A stretch of DNA of 64,000 nt from Octopus vulgaris (GCA_951406725.2 OX597819.1:13516001-13580000); one strand, 5' to 3'; shown: positions 1-12,467, counted from the first letter of the stretch. Notes: a model not told the origin generated them from the sequence alone. Program-made: numbers and translations.

Positions 1-353
1 GAATAATGACTAATGACTAATGTGTGGGTATATATATGTCATAGAGTGTATAATGTGGTATTTATGCTTGTCTATGTTTTTATGAATGTTAAAGTCTGAG
101 AGGTTTCACTTCATTAAATCATACACACACATACGCACGCATGCATGCGTGCACACACACATGCATGCGTGCACACACACACATAGACAGATACATATAT
201 ACACGATGAGCGTCTTTTGGTTTCTGTCTACTAAATTTACTCAAAAAGCTTAGGTTAGCCCAGGGCTGTAGTAAAAGACATTTGCCTAAAGTCCCATGAG
301 GTGAGATTGAAACCTAAACTCATGGTTGGAAAGCAAACTTCTTACCACACAGC

Positions 354-577
354 TATATATATGTATGTACATATGTATGTAGGTATGTATATATGTGTGT
401 GTATATGTATGTATGTGTGTGTAGGTATGTGCGAGTGTGTATGGGTGTGTGTATGTTTGCATGTGTATGTATGTGTGTGTGTATACGTATGTATGTGCGT
501 GTATGTAAGTATGCGTGTGTCTGTGTATATATGTATGTATGTGTGCGTGTATGTATGTATGTGTGTGTGTGTGCGTG
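354..577. repeat. (TG)n/(TATG)n microsatellite
   Basis: Directly visible. Confidence 0.95.
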
Positions 578-2305
578 AATGTTTTTCCCCAAGACACCTG
601 ATGAATGCTGGAAGGTATATCAGCCGAAATGTTGTATTAACAACAAACAAGATGAGGACAAATATCTGTCAAATGTAAATAATGTAAATAATTCCTCATC
701 TCTTAAATATAGAACTAGAAGTTAGAAGTTACTCTCAATAGTTAGGAGTGGGAGGGCGCCAGTCAATTAGATCGACCTCCAGTATGCAACTGGTACTTAA
801 TTTGTCGATCTCGAAAAGAAGAAAGGCAAACTCAACCTCAGCAGAATTTGAACTCAGAATGTAATGACAGACGACATACCACTAAGCATTACGCCTGGCA
901 TGCTAGCGTTTCTGCCAGCTCACCGCCTTTAAAATAATTTTTTCTACTCTAGGCACAAGGCTCGAAATTTTGGGGAGGGGGCCAGTCAATTAGATCAACC
1001 CCAGTATGCAACTGGTACTTAATTTATCGATTCTGAAAGAATGAAAGTAAAAGTCGACTTTGGCAGAATTTGAACTCAGGATGTAGTGACAGATGAAATA
1101 CCGCTTAGCATTATGCCCAGCATGCTAACAATTCTGCCAGCTTGCTGCCTTTGAAATGTGCCAAATGTTACCATACATCAGTTCTTAAATATATTTTATA
1201 TTATTTATCTTTTAATAACTTAAATGATTTTTATTGTTTATCTTTTCTGGTCATTGCATTTCAAAACATTGATGTTTTGGGCTTGGATTGTCCCATGGTC
1301 ATTCAAGATAATCACCTCAGCATTCTCTCCCTGCCAAACATGATTTGATGCGCAGGCCATGAATTTGAGCTTGAGATCATAAAGGTTTGATGAGCCTACT
1401 CTGCCACACTGGCTCAACATGGCTTGGCAGAGAGATGCAGTTTTTATACTCATACCCGTGTTTATTAATAATGTGTGTGTTTTTATTGGCTAAACTGGCA
1501 ATATGACCATTCCGAAATATAACAATATCTGTTTCAACACACGACTTCACATAAAAAAATCTTGCACAACAAATATATAAATATACATTTATTATTGACA
1601 TAATATATTATTGTATTATTGATATAATACATTTATTAAATATATATTCATTAATGATAATATATATATTTATAATCCAATTTTTATACTCATACCCAGG
1701 AGTCGTTAAGTTGCTTAGGTCATTGATATTATTTTCTATATATTAGGTAGGATTCCTAAATTTTCTGTAAATTTCACATTTTTCTAAGAATACCGAAAGC
1801 AGTCTTTAACCTTTATAGTTATCATCTAAATACCCTTTTACACATGCCCCATACCACCCCCATCACAGCCTCTCTGTAACCATTCACACTTGTATTCAGA
1901 GCTAAGTACACCACCACCACCACCATCACTACAATGCCAGTAATATAACTTCCTTACCTCTCTCCCTTTCTGTTAAGAACTAAATTCTTTGTTCTTTATC
2001 ATTTTCCAAACTATTTATAAGTTTCCTTTTCTTTCTTTGTCTGTTACTCTGTTATTCTGATTACCATTTGTCTTTTGCTTTACACATCACACCAAAACTT
2101 CAATCCCCTCTCCAACTACTACCCCACCACCCCACCCTCAGTTTATTCATTTCGATTCATATAAAATCTCTTTATCATCAACATTTCGATAACTCATACA
2201 CTTAGACATCACATCTTAAGCTTTGCTATAATTTCTAACTATTAAACAAATACACATTGGAAAACCTTATGTAGAGCAAACTACATCCATCTCTAACATA
2301 TATAT

Positions 2306-2499
2306 ACTCTTTTACTTGTTTCAGTCATTTGACTGCGGCCATGCTGGAGCACCGCCTTTAGTCGAACAAATCGACCCCGGGACTTATTCTTTGTAAGCCC
2401 AGTACTTATTCTATTGGTCTCTTTTGCTGAACCGCCAAGTGACGGGGACGTAAACACACCAGCATCGGTTGTCAAGCAATGCTAGGGGGACAAACACAT

Positions 2500-2550
<51 letters not shown>

Positions 2551-2716
2551 TACGACAGGCTTCTTTCAGTTTCCCCCTACCAAATCCACTCACAAGGCAT
2601 TGGTCAGCCCGGGGCTATAGCAGAAGACACTTGCCCAAGATGCCACGCAGTGGGACTGAACCAGGAACCATGTGGTTGGTTAGCAAGCTACTTACCACAC
2701 AGCCACTCCTGCGCCT
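2306..2716 (-). mobile_element. tRNA-derived CORE-like SINE, family A (~400 bp); other copies ~9370-9730, 20920-21326, 21639-22718 (interrupted), 31190-31590, 31598-31990, 37371-37707, 51528-51920, 56180-56580, 60610-61015, 61550-61915
   Basis: A box TGGCTGTGTGG, B box GGTTCAGTCCC, CORE-like CTTGGGCAAGTG, internal (TA)/(TG) tract, tail GAAACAAGTAAAAGAG. Resembles described octopus tRNA-SINEs; exact family name not assigned. Confidence 0.88.
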
Positions 2717-3499
2717 ATATATATTTCAATTTGATATATAATAATCATTATATACTTACATGTGTGTTTGTGTACACACACACACACACGCACATATATA
2801 TGATGGACTCACCTGTCAAAGAAATATATATATGTAAGAGCACCATCCCAGCGTGATCGTTGCCAGAGCAGCTAGCTGGCTTCCATACCGGTGGCACGCA
2901 AAAGCATCATTCGAGCGTGGTCGTTACCAACGTAGCCTTACTGTCTCACATATCACGATCATTTGTAGTATATAAACATCTACATACATGTGAGAATTCA
3001 TGCGTGCATGTGTAGTTATGTCTTTAAATATATATATATATCTTTATATTATATAGAGGGTACTATTATTCATAGGTACCGCACGCTAGGAGGGACTTTT
3101 GCAGTCAAAACTACTAAAATAAACAAATTGTACCGAATGCAAAACTTCAAAGCGAGTCATTTAAAAACAAAATTTAGTTACATATCACCTGTGATTTCGC
3201 AATCAATGCAGAATATGCATTCTATGCTCTTCAGTGCAACAAACTCAAGACATGTAAGAAAAACACAACATCACATACCTGACAACCAACCGTAGAATTC
3301 GCCGCTGCATGTACGAATGTTTATCTTTATATATCTATGAAAATGGCGGGCTTTTTCGCAATGCATTTCGGTAACAACTTGCCTACTCGGAACAAAAATT
3401 CAGTATTGAACTATTCCGGTGAAAAATATAAATTTAAAAATAGGATAAAATCTTTATAAGAAATTATCAAGTAGTTAGCGTGAAAAACCTATATATATA

Positions 3500-3522
3500 T
3501 CTTTATATATATAAATGGCAAA

Positions 3523-3562
<40 letters not shown>

Positions 3563-3991
3563 ATGTCCTTTATACAAATCCACAATTTTTCAGTTAGAGG
3601 GCTCGCACTTTCTATGGTCATTCAAAACCGTCCAAGGGTGGTCGTGCACATCTTTACATTTCCCCAGTCACCCCGCAAAGCCATAAAAAAAATCGATAAA
3701 CCGACCCCTTATGTTTCAGGTAACAAAAGTCTTTAATACAAGGGATGTAACTCACTCCAGCAGTTTAATCTAAAGATATTAAACCATAGCAAGGGAAATA
3801 ACTCTTTAAAACTCTGCATTTCCCTCCCTTTGTTATGTATCACACCAAACGTGCAAGCTTTTTTGATTTGAGAAATGCAGGGAATAATTAACGAGTTAGA
3901 CCAAGTGAATGACAAGAGAGAGGGATTTTCATGGAAGACCAAATATGCTTGACTAGCACTATGACCCGGAAACGCCAGGTCATAGTGCTAG
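3500..3991 (+). mobile_element. Helitron-like element, second family
   Basis: TC start and palindromic 3' end CTAGCACTATGACC...GGTCATAGTGCTAG; shares both ends with 62502-62867. Confidence 0.7.
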
Positions 3992-4105
3992 AATATATAT
4001 ATATATATATATATATATGAGTGTGTGAGTGTGTATATACACATGCAATTAATTACATGCACACACATATGTATAATTACAACTTTCACAATTGCGCAAG
4101 ATATA

Positions 4106-4659
4106 CAGGGTGGAGCATAAAGATCTCTCACATTGTAAATGAATATAAAAAGAGAATACAACCATCCAGGAAAACATTTATTATATTTCTGAAAAGTACA
4201 TAAAAAACAGTTTATTTTACTGGGTTTTAAAAGCTAAACTATATTAGGCAAATAGTTGCTATTGTTGGCAATAAATTGATGCAGTCATTCCCAGAAGTTC
4301 TCCATGACACTGTGTCTCAGGTGGTTTTGCATTGATTTCCTCACAAATCCTTTCTTTTAAATCCTCAAAAGTTCGAGGACAATGTTGGAGAACTGTTTCC
4401 TTTAGGTATCCCCAAAGGAAAACGTTACAAGGGCTTAAATCTGGTGACCTTACCAGCCACCCTCAAAGTTTTTGATTAACTAATAATGAATACAAAAATG
4501 GTAGAACCTAAAAAACGAAAGACGTTTTTGAGTAATTAATAATGAATACAAAAATGGTAGATTGTAGCCTTCCAAATAAAACCTGTCTTACGTCTCCACT
4601 TCTGCTTACCTTCACAAAATGTCTCCTTCAAATGTGGGAGATCTTTATGCCCCACCCTA
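4106..4659 (-). mobile_element. Non-autonomous Tc1/mariner deletion derivative
   Basis: ~29-bp TIRs (CAGGGTGGAGCATAAAGATCTCTCACATT and its inverse at 4631-4659), TA on both sides, internal WLVRSPDLSPCNVFLWGYLKE remnant at ~4391-4459. Confidence 0.9.
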
Positions 4660-5956
4660 TATCTACTGAATGCACAAACTTTGCTAAGATTTTAAAATGG
4701 GGATGCGTATGTGTTTCATACTTCTTTGTGTGCATGTGCATGTGTGTGTGTGTGTGCATGCATGCGTTTATATTAATCACACAGACATTGACGTCAATGT
4801 CAGCTAATGTGTGTAATGTTTCTTTGAGCTTGTATATTGTGTGTGTGTGTGTGTGTGTGTGCATGACAGAGAAACAAAGAGAGAGAGAGAGTCTGTGTGT
4901 TTGTATATATAATATATAGACATACACACATTTACAAATAGATGTAGCATACTACCTGTCCAGAATATTATTTCTTTAACTCCCTTTATCTATTCTGTGC
5001 CAAGAACTCTACCCACTTTTCATTTTATTAAATCAATTATGTTTGTTTTAATTATATTCTAATAATCTTTAATTCATTCTGTTATTACATTTTAAATAAA
5101 CTGGAAATATTATTTTTTAATTTTCTTCGTGTTATTTCATTAATTTTTCTTAATTAATATTATTTATTGTGTAACTCAAAAAGGGTTGTGATACCCAGAA
5201 GATAAATGTCTCAGGAATGAAATGCCAATAACTGAGAATTTGTCTTCTAGGCAGAAAAATGGCATTATCCATTCCAACTGTTTTTTGATAGGTATTTGAC
5301 TCAAGAATCTAAAATAATTCAGCTCTATATCATTGCCAACTGCTAACCTATCATTCTAACTACACATATATCAAGGGTGAGAGGAATATGTGTAGTCATC
5401 AATACCATCTTGAATCTATTTTTCTCTTCAGCAATGATCACAGTTTTGTAAAACATATCTGGTGGAAGCCATCTTTTGTGCAAAATAAATAACTAGTTCC
5501 TTGTCCCTGAAGGTGAGATGGATGGGTGAGTAATTCTCAAGAGTGCATAGGGAGAGTGAAAGACACAGGGTAAAAGGTGAGTCTTCAGGTTCAGCACAGA
5601 GAGAGATCATTGGTAGCATAGGAGGGTGAGCAATGTAAAATGTGAGTGGAGAGGGACAATGTTAAGAAATAAGGATGGCTAACAAAGGAAGCGGTTTCTG
5701 GCAATGCCAGAGAGAACTGGTAACATAGAAAAGGATGATGAAGTATATAGTTCTACTGTCATTTAATTACAGCTTTAGAATTCTGCAATATTAGACAAGT
5801 GATGGCAGAATCAATGAGATGAGTGGGTAATGAAGATGTCACGAGAGGGGGAAAATTGGGTGAGTGGAATATGTAAATGTATACACATCATACTTCCAGA
5901 ATCTCAGTTTCACCAAGGTGGGAAGGTATATATAATTATACACACACACACACACA

Positions 5957-6728
5957 TTGGCACAGATTGACCTTGAACTCTACAGTGCATATGCACTAAG
6001 TTTTAACATTCTAGCTCACTTCTGCTTTTTACAATAATGCGTGGCAGTAAGGAAGATGTGTAGTGAGTGATCGTCACATTGACCATGACAGAGAAAGCTG
6101 AGCAGAGAATCTGCATCAAATTTTGCCAAAAGCTTAGCGATACCTGCTCAGAGGCCTATGCAAGGTTTTCAAAAAATTTTCATCCTTCTTGACACAATCA
6201 AGATCTTGTACAATTAAAACCTAAGTGTCTTTTTGGTTAACTGAAAGCAGTTTTGGCACAAACTTGGCAGACACACGTCTCATACCCAAATCTTCAGTGA
6301 TAATGGACTGAACTGAACTGAACCGTAACTAATCTGCACATTCCCTGATAACTCATGGATGGTGATTCAATGATTTCCCCTCACATTCACATCTGTGATG
6401 TTTTTCTCAGTGCTGCTGGTTGCGGGTCTCCCAGAACGTTTGCCAATACTGACTTACTTTCGGCAATCTTGGAAACGTCTGAATCACTCATACACTTGTG
6501 TGCGGCTCATACATTCCTCTCCATACACTTTCTGCAACTTTGTGTAGGCCTCTGAATAGGTATTGCCCTGACAACTTTCTCTGTTATGGCCGGTGCGGCA
6601 GTCACAGGCTATACGTCTTCCTTCCAAGCAGTGCTGTAAAAAGGCGGAAGTGAGCAGGAACATTATTATGACTTGGTGCACATGCGCAGCAGAAATCAAA
6701 GTCAATTTGTGCCAAGCGACTTCACTCT

Positions 6729-6731
<3 letters not shown>
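5957..6731. mobile_element. Mariner remnant made of two inward-facing 5' ends
   Basis: + strand MTEKAEQRICIKFCQKL at ~6084; - strand SEAYTKLQKVYGEECMSRTQVYE..SGRP at ~6420-6560. The leaders align as inverted repeats. Confidence 0.85.
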
Positions 6732-6764
<33 letters not shown>

Positions 6765-7113
6765 TACTATCCACAAGGGGCTAAACACAGAGAGGACAAA
6801 CAAACGGATTAAGTCGATTATATCGACCCCAGTGTGTTACTGGTACTTATTTAATCGACCCTAAAAGGATGACAGGTAAAGTCGACCTCGGCGGAATTTG
6901 AACTCACAACGTAGCGGCAGACGAAATACGGCTACGCATTTCACCTGGCGTGCTAACGTCTCTGCCAGCTCGCCGCCTATATATAAGTATCAAGTTAGAG
7001 GAGTTTAATACCTCTGAGGGATAATTAAATCCAGAGTCGCTCCTGGCTGTTGGCTGGGTGGGTATGGTGGCAGGTGGTTCGGTTGGTAAACCGGAGTTTA
7101 GGTTATATCTTCT

Positions 7114-7155
<42 letters not shown>

Positions 7156-7285
7156 GCCTGCTCGCTTAGCCAGCAGGGTGGTGTCATTTGAAGGCTAAAA
7201 CAATGCAAAGCGTATTGTGACCAGTGATGTGTAACAACATCTGATAGCCTGGTCGGTCATGTGATATATATATATATATATATAC

Positions 7286-7584
7286 ATATTGTAGTGTGGT
7301 GGGCCGGTTTGTGGGGTTGCTCTGGGTTTCTTGCTCATGGGGGGGCTTGGCCCTGCAGCATGTCTTCAGACCCCAAACGCTGCAGGCTGGGACCTCTTAA
7401 AGATGTGGAGGGGAGAACCTCGTTTGAAAGGTAAAACCCTTTGAAACGAGGCTTTACCCCTCTATGTTTTGGGGCAGTCGCAGGCTGGCGGTGTTTGGAG
7501 TCTGAGGATGCGCTGTGGGGCTAGGCCCTTTATGAGCAAGACACCTGGGGTGGCCCCATGAGCCGGCCTATCCATCTATAATGT
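7286..7584 (+). other. ~300-nt GC-rich imperfect hairpin rich in G.U pairs
   Basis: Arms ~7286-7431 and ~7438-7584 pair end to end around a TAAAAC loop. Confidence 0.85.
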
Positions 7585-7767
7585 CAACTGCTCCACATCT
7601 TAGACTGTGCTTCTCCTCTGGATTAATGTATTTCTACAAATTATATATATATATAGAGAGAGACGATAAGAAATGGAGCAGTGAATGTCAGTGAGAGGTG
7701 GATCATTGGTAATACAGTTCTATATTGAAGAGATGAGGAATTACGTACATTCGATTCCAAGCAGTGA

Positions 7768-7827
<60 letters not shown>

Positions 7828-8271
7828 CCATGTATTTTAATTTAACTTTAAAAAAAAAATGAACGAACTAGTGAGTTTAGTTTAATGGCCTACCAATGTA
7901 TACTATGAGTTTCTTTGCCCTAGGAGTCGGGAAGACACTCGGCAAGAAATGGAAGCAAATTTGAAAGAAGAAAAAAAAAGATAATAATAATAATATCGAA
8001 AAATATCTTAGGAATGAGAATCCAGGTTTGAAATTTCCCCCAAGACGCCCGATGAAGGCTGGAAGGTATATACCAGCCGAAACATTGTGTTAACAACAAA
8101 GAAGATGAGGACAAATATCTGTCAAATGTAAATAGTGGATCATTGGTGTTTTAAAGTCATTATTTAATTAGGATGAGAGTATGTTAAATAATGACTTTAA
8201 AACACCAAGGGTCCACTTCTCACTGTTATTTATTGCTCCATATATATATTTATATATATATTGAACCACGG

Positions 8272-8748
8272 TTTTACCTTTTGAATTACCTACTACCGGT
8301 AACAAGGACCATACATACTGAGGTAATACCAGGAGTGCCTATGGATACGTCTATCCCTTAGAAGGTTACATTACCTCTAACTTATGTATATATACATGTG
8401 TGTGTGTGTGTATATATATATATAAATATATGTGTGTGTGTGTGTGTATATATATGCATGTATATATATATATATATATATATATAATGTTATATAATTA
8501 GGGCTTAGTAAAATAAATTACTTTGCCACATACTGAAATTTTTAGAAATAGCAGCCAAAAAGTTTTTTACCTTTTAAATTACCTACTACCGGTAACAAGG
8601 ACCATACATACTGAGGTAATACCAGGAGTGCCTATGGATACGTCTATCCCTTAGAAGGTTACATTACCTCTAACTTATGTATATATACATGTGTGTGTGT
8701 GTATATATATATATAAATATATATGTGTGTGTGTGTGTATATATATGC

Positions 8749-8787
<39 letters not shown>

Positions 8788-8866
8788 GTTATATAATTAG
8801 GGCTTAGTAAAATAAATTACTTTGCCACATACTGAAATTTTTAGAAATAGTAGCCAAAAAGTTTTT
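8272..8866. repeat. Tandem duplication, ~293-bp unit
   Basis: TTTTACCTTTT(G/A)AATTACCTACTACCGG begins at 8272 and 8565; copies differ mainly in (TA)n length. Confidence 0.9.
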
Positions 8867-9086
8867 TTAGCTATTTCCACTACTTTAAGAAAAGTCTCCC
8901 AAATCTTTGTACATATGATATTTTACTGTTTTCCCTCCATATCTTCGTGAGTTATTTTTGAGTAAATACTATCTGGGAGACTTTTCTTAAAGTAGTGGAA
9001 ATAGCTAAGAAAGTTTTTGGCTGCTATTTCTAAAAATTTCAGTATGTGGCAAAGTAATTTATTTTACTAAGCCCTAATTATATAAC
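8788..9086. repeat. ~113-bp inverted repeat with 72-nt spacer
   Basis: 8788-8901 is a near-perfect reverse complement of 8974-9086. Confidence 0.9.
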
Positions 9087-9186
9087 GTAATATTTTGAAT
9101 ACGCCTTGAATGGTCCTTTTACATACTGAACACTACTTGGTGAAATTAATTAATAACTAATTGATTTTACCCTTAATTATTGATTA

Positions 9187-9254
<68 letters not shown>

Positions 9255-9738
9255 TCGTGTACATTAGAACACATTAAGAGGCTTCCAAATAGGAAAGCCT
9301 TGTGCTAGAAAGAGCAAACCACTAATTATGGATAAATTCTTATTACCCTAATATTATTTATTATGTTTAGGCGCAGGAGTGGCTGCGTGGTAAGTAGCTT
9401 GCTTACCAACCACATGGTTCTGGGTTCAGTCCCACTGCGTGGCATCTTGGGCAAGTGTCTTCTGCTATAGTCCCGGGCTGACCAATGCCTTGTGAGTGGA
9501 TTTGGTAGACGGAAACTGAAAGAAGCCTGTCGTATATGTGTATATATATGTGTGTGTGTCTGTGTTTGTCCTCCTGGTGTGTTTACGTTCCCGTCACTTA
9601 GCAGTTCGGCCAAAGAGACCGATAGAATAAGTACTGGGCTTACAAAGAATAAGTTCCGGGGTCGATTTGCTCGACTAAAAGGCGGTGCTCCAGCATGGCC
9701 GCAGTCAAATGACTGAAACAAGTAAAAGAGAGAAAAAA

Positions 9739-9779
<41 letters not shown>

Positions 9780-9780
<1 letters not shown>

Positions 9781-10365
9781 TGTTGTGCCTGGGGAGAGTC
9801 ATTTTCTTTTTGTGCCTTATAATGTAACACACTCACCAGTAAAATTTCCACTTATTTCTTATTTTTATTTTCCTAAAATTTTCGTTGCGTCTTGCAACCT
9901 TTTCAATAGTCTTGACTCTGTCCGTTATGACGGACAGTTTATAGGGTGAAGAGTACTGTCTTAGAACTTTGACACCCTCTTTTCGGCCGATAATGAAAGA
10001 CTTCAACCAGTTATAGAGATCGTCTCTTACCCCCATTGCAGAGAGTTTCACCATAAGTCTTTTGTGTGGCACAGAATTAAAAGCCTTAGGAAAGTCCAGG
10101 TAAACAACATCCACCCAGGAGCCACCATTAGTGATGCGGGTAATGTCCTCAAGAAATTCGATGAGTTGATAACAGGAGCTGGAGTTTGGAATAAATCCAA
10201 ATTGTGGACGGCTGGATGAGGCTGCGAAACTTCCAGAAGTTCCAGAGGGTTTCTCTGACACAGGATTCAATCAGTTTGGCGATGCAGCTAGTAAGACTGA
10301 CAGGGCGATAGTTGACAGGCGATGTGCGGTCACCTTTTTTGAACAGAGGGATAACGCTGGCAGCT
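9780..10365 (-). mobile_element. CR1-clade LINE fragment, internally deleted RT
   Basis: IPLFKKGDR..NYRPVSLTS, QFGF and VDVVYLDFPKAFNSVPHKRL, then a jump to an IEKVARR (LEKVQRR-like) C-terminal motif. Confidence 0.85.
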
Positions 10366-11309
10366 TAATGGTCATGGTCTGAGGATGTGAATTTTCCGAG
10401 TCCTCTCTCCCCGACCCCCCGTTCGCGAACGCGTATTTTTTTCCTCATATTCGTTTACTACATGTTCTACTATTACTACATGTTGTTGTACTATTAAAAA
10501 ATTTTTTTTGCTTGTGTCAAAACACTAGAGTTTAAAGGTCATGGTCTGCCGACGTGAATTTTCCGAGTCCTCTCCCGACCCCCGTTCGTGAATGTGCATT
10601 TTTTTTTTCATATTCGTTTACAGCAAGTTGTTTTACACCTATTATACTGTTTTTTTTTCCTCTTTTTTTTTTTTTTTTGTTTTTTGCTCGGGTTAAACTC
10701 TTTAGTTTCACCGTTGTTTAACCTTAAAGTCTTCAATAATGATCATTATTTATTAAACCTAAAGGATAACAGATTCGGCAGAAAAAAATCGAGGTATTTA
10801 GGTCGTGAGTTCGAATCCTGCCTACGTCGACTTACCTTTCACCCAGTCACTTACTGTGGTTGATATCATAAGATTGTCCTTTCCCTACAAAATGTTTAGA
10901 ATTTACGGAGTTTACCTTTAGTTTTGTGTTCATATTAGAATTTTTTTTATCATTGTCAAAGACGGTGAATGGTAGAATTATTAGAGCGCCGAAGAAGAAG
11001 AAGAAATCATGTAGTATTTTGCTACACCGCTTTACGTTCTGATTATGAATCGTGTCAAGGTCAACTTCGCCTTTCATATTTCCCGGGTTTATAAAAGAAA
11101 TACCTGCCAGGAACCGGCACCGATCGTAATCGACAATATCTTTCTGCCAAATCTGAGGATTTTGCTCGTAAATTAGAAATTGTCATTATTCAAAAGGCCC
11201 ACAGAATGACAGAAACGAGGGAGCAAACAGACCAAATTTCTTGAGTTTATTCATTAAGTTACCGTCTTTTATATACTGCCTTCGTATTATACCGAGGTCA
11301 ACGGCTTAC

Positions 11310-11341
<32 letters not shown>

Positions 11342-11486
11342 TTACATATACACAGGTTTGACAGTTCAAACAGGGAAAAATTAGAACTGATATATATGTA
11401 AATACTTATTTTTTTATTAATATTTAGCAGAAGCAATAAAGTGATTCAAGGACCAAGAGTTTCGTGCGTTGGCACTTATCAAACGT

Positions 11487-11584
<98 letters not shown>

Positions 11585-11671
11585 TATATACATATATATA
11601 TACATACATATATATACATATATATATACATACACATACATATATTTACATACATATATATATATACAAAC

Positions 11672-11708
<37 letters not shown>

Positions 11709-11789
11709 TATATATATACATACATATACATATATATATATACATATATATATACATACATATACATATATATATATACATATACATAC

Positions 11790-11858
<69 letters not shown>

Positions 11859-11875
11859 CATATATATATATACAT

Positions 11876-11918
<43 letters not shown>

Positions 11919-11955
11919 GTATATATATATATATATATATATACATATATATATA
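11487..11955. repeat. (TA)n/(TACA)n compound microsatellite
   Basis: Directly visible. Confidence 0.95.
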
Positions 11956-12036
11956 CAATTGCAGCGTGGAAGGTGTTTATAAGCCATTTAAGAAACACAC
12001 AAAAGCCGTTCGATTCACTTCAACATTTAAGTTTAA

Positions 12037-12086
12037 TTTGTCAAAATATTTTCGTCGCTAAAATCCGCGACCTGTTCACTGACAAA
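12037..12086 (-). ncRNA. Predicted minimal hammerhead ribozyme, G3-C8 variant (copy 2)
   Basis: Exact reverse complement of 12336-12385. Confidence 0.7.
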
Positions 12087-12267
12087 GTCCGTGCTGCATC
12101 TAAGAATATATATATATATATACATCTTTACGGAGATGTACTCGCATAGCAAGTAATTTGATCTGAGATCGAGTGCTGAAACGAAAACAATTGCAGCGTG
12201 GGAGGTGTTTATAAGCCATTTAAGAAACACACAAAAGCGTTCGATTCACTCCAACATTTAAGTTTAA

Positions 12268-12317
12268 TTTGTCAAAATATTTTCGTCGCTAAAATCCGCG
12301 ACCTGTTCACTGACAAA
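12268..12317 (-). ncRNA. Predicted minimal hammerhead ribozyme, G3-C8 variant (copy 3)
   Basis: Exact reverse complement of 12336-12385, in tandem with copy 2 at 231-nt spacing. Confidence 0.7.
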
Positions 12318-12335
12318 GTCCGATGCAGCACGGAC

Positions 12336-12385
12336 TTTGTCAGTGAACAGGTCGCGGATTTTAGCGACGAAAATATTTTGACAAA
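12336..12385 (+). ncRNA. Predicted minimal type I hammerhead ribozyme, G3-C8 core variant
   Basis: TTTGTCA-GTGAACA-G-GTCGC-ggatttta-GCGAC-GAAA-ATAT-TT-TGACAAA: 7-bp stem I, 5-bp stem II, palindromic AUAU stem III loop. Confidence 0.7.
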
Positions 12386-12467
12386 TTAAACTTAAATGTT
12401 GGAGTGAATCGAACGGCTTTTGTGTGTTTCTTAAATGGCTTATAAACACCTCCCACGCTGCAATTGT

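Noticed and set aside
1238-1453. Minus-strand 71-aa ORF (and the short ORFs at 5428-5619 and 15364-15627)
   Set aside because: No recognisable homology and no convincing splice-site pair.
2469-2856. Recurrent ORFs such as RQASFSFRLPNPLTRHWSARG and LQLDALPNANHS
   Set aside because: Antisense readings of SINE and RTE 3' UTR copies, with variable frames and stops between copies.
9121-9160. Hammerhead-like CTGAACA...GAAATTAAT (also weak matches near 13110-13150, 25421-25455, 31047-31075)
   Set aside because: Core lacks a valid 3-8 pair or GAAA and no stem I can be formed.
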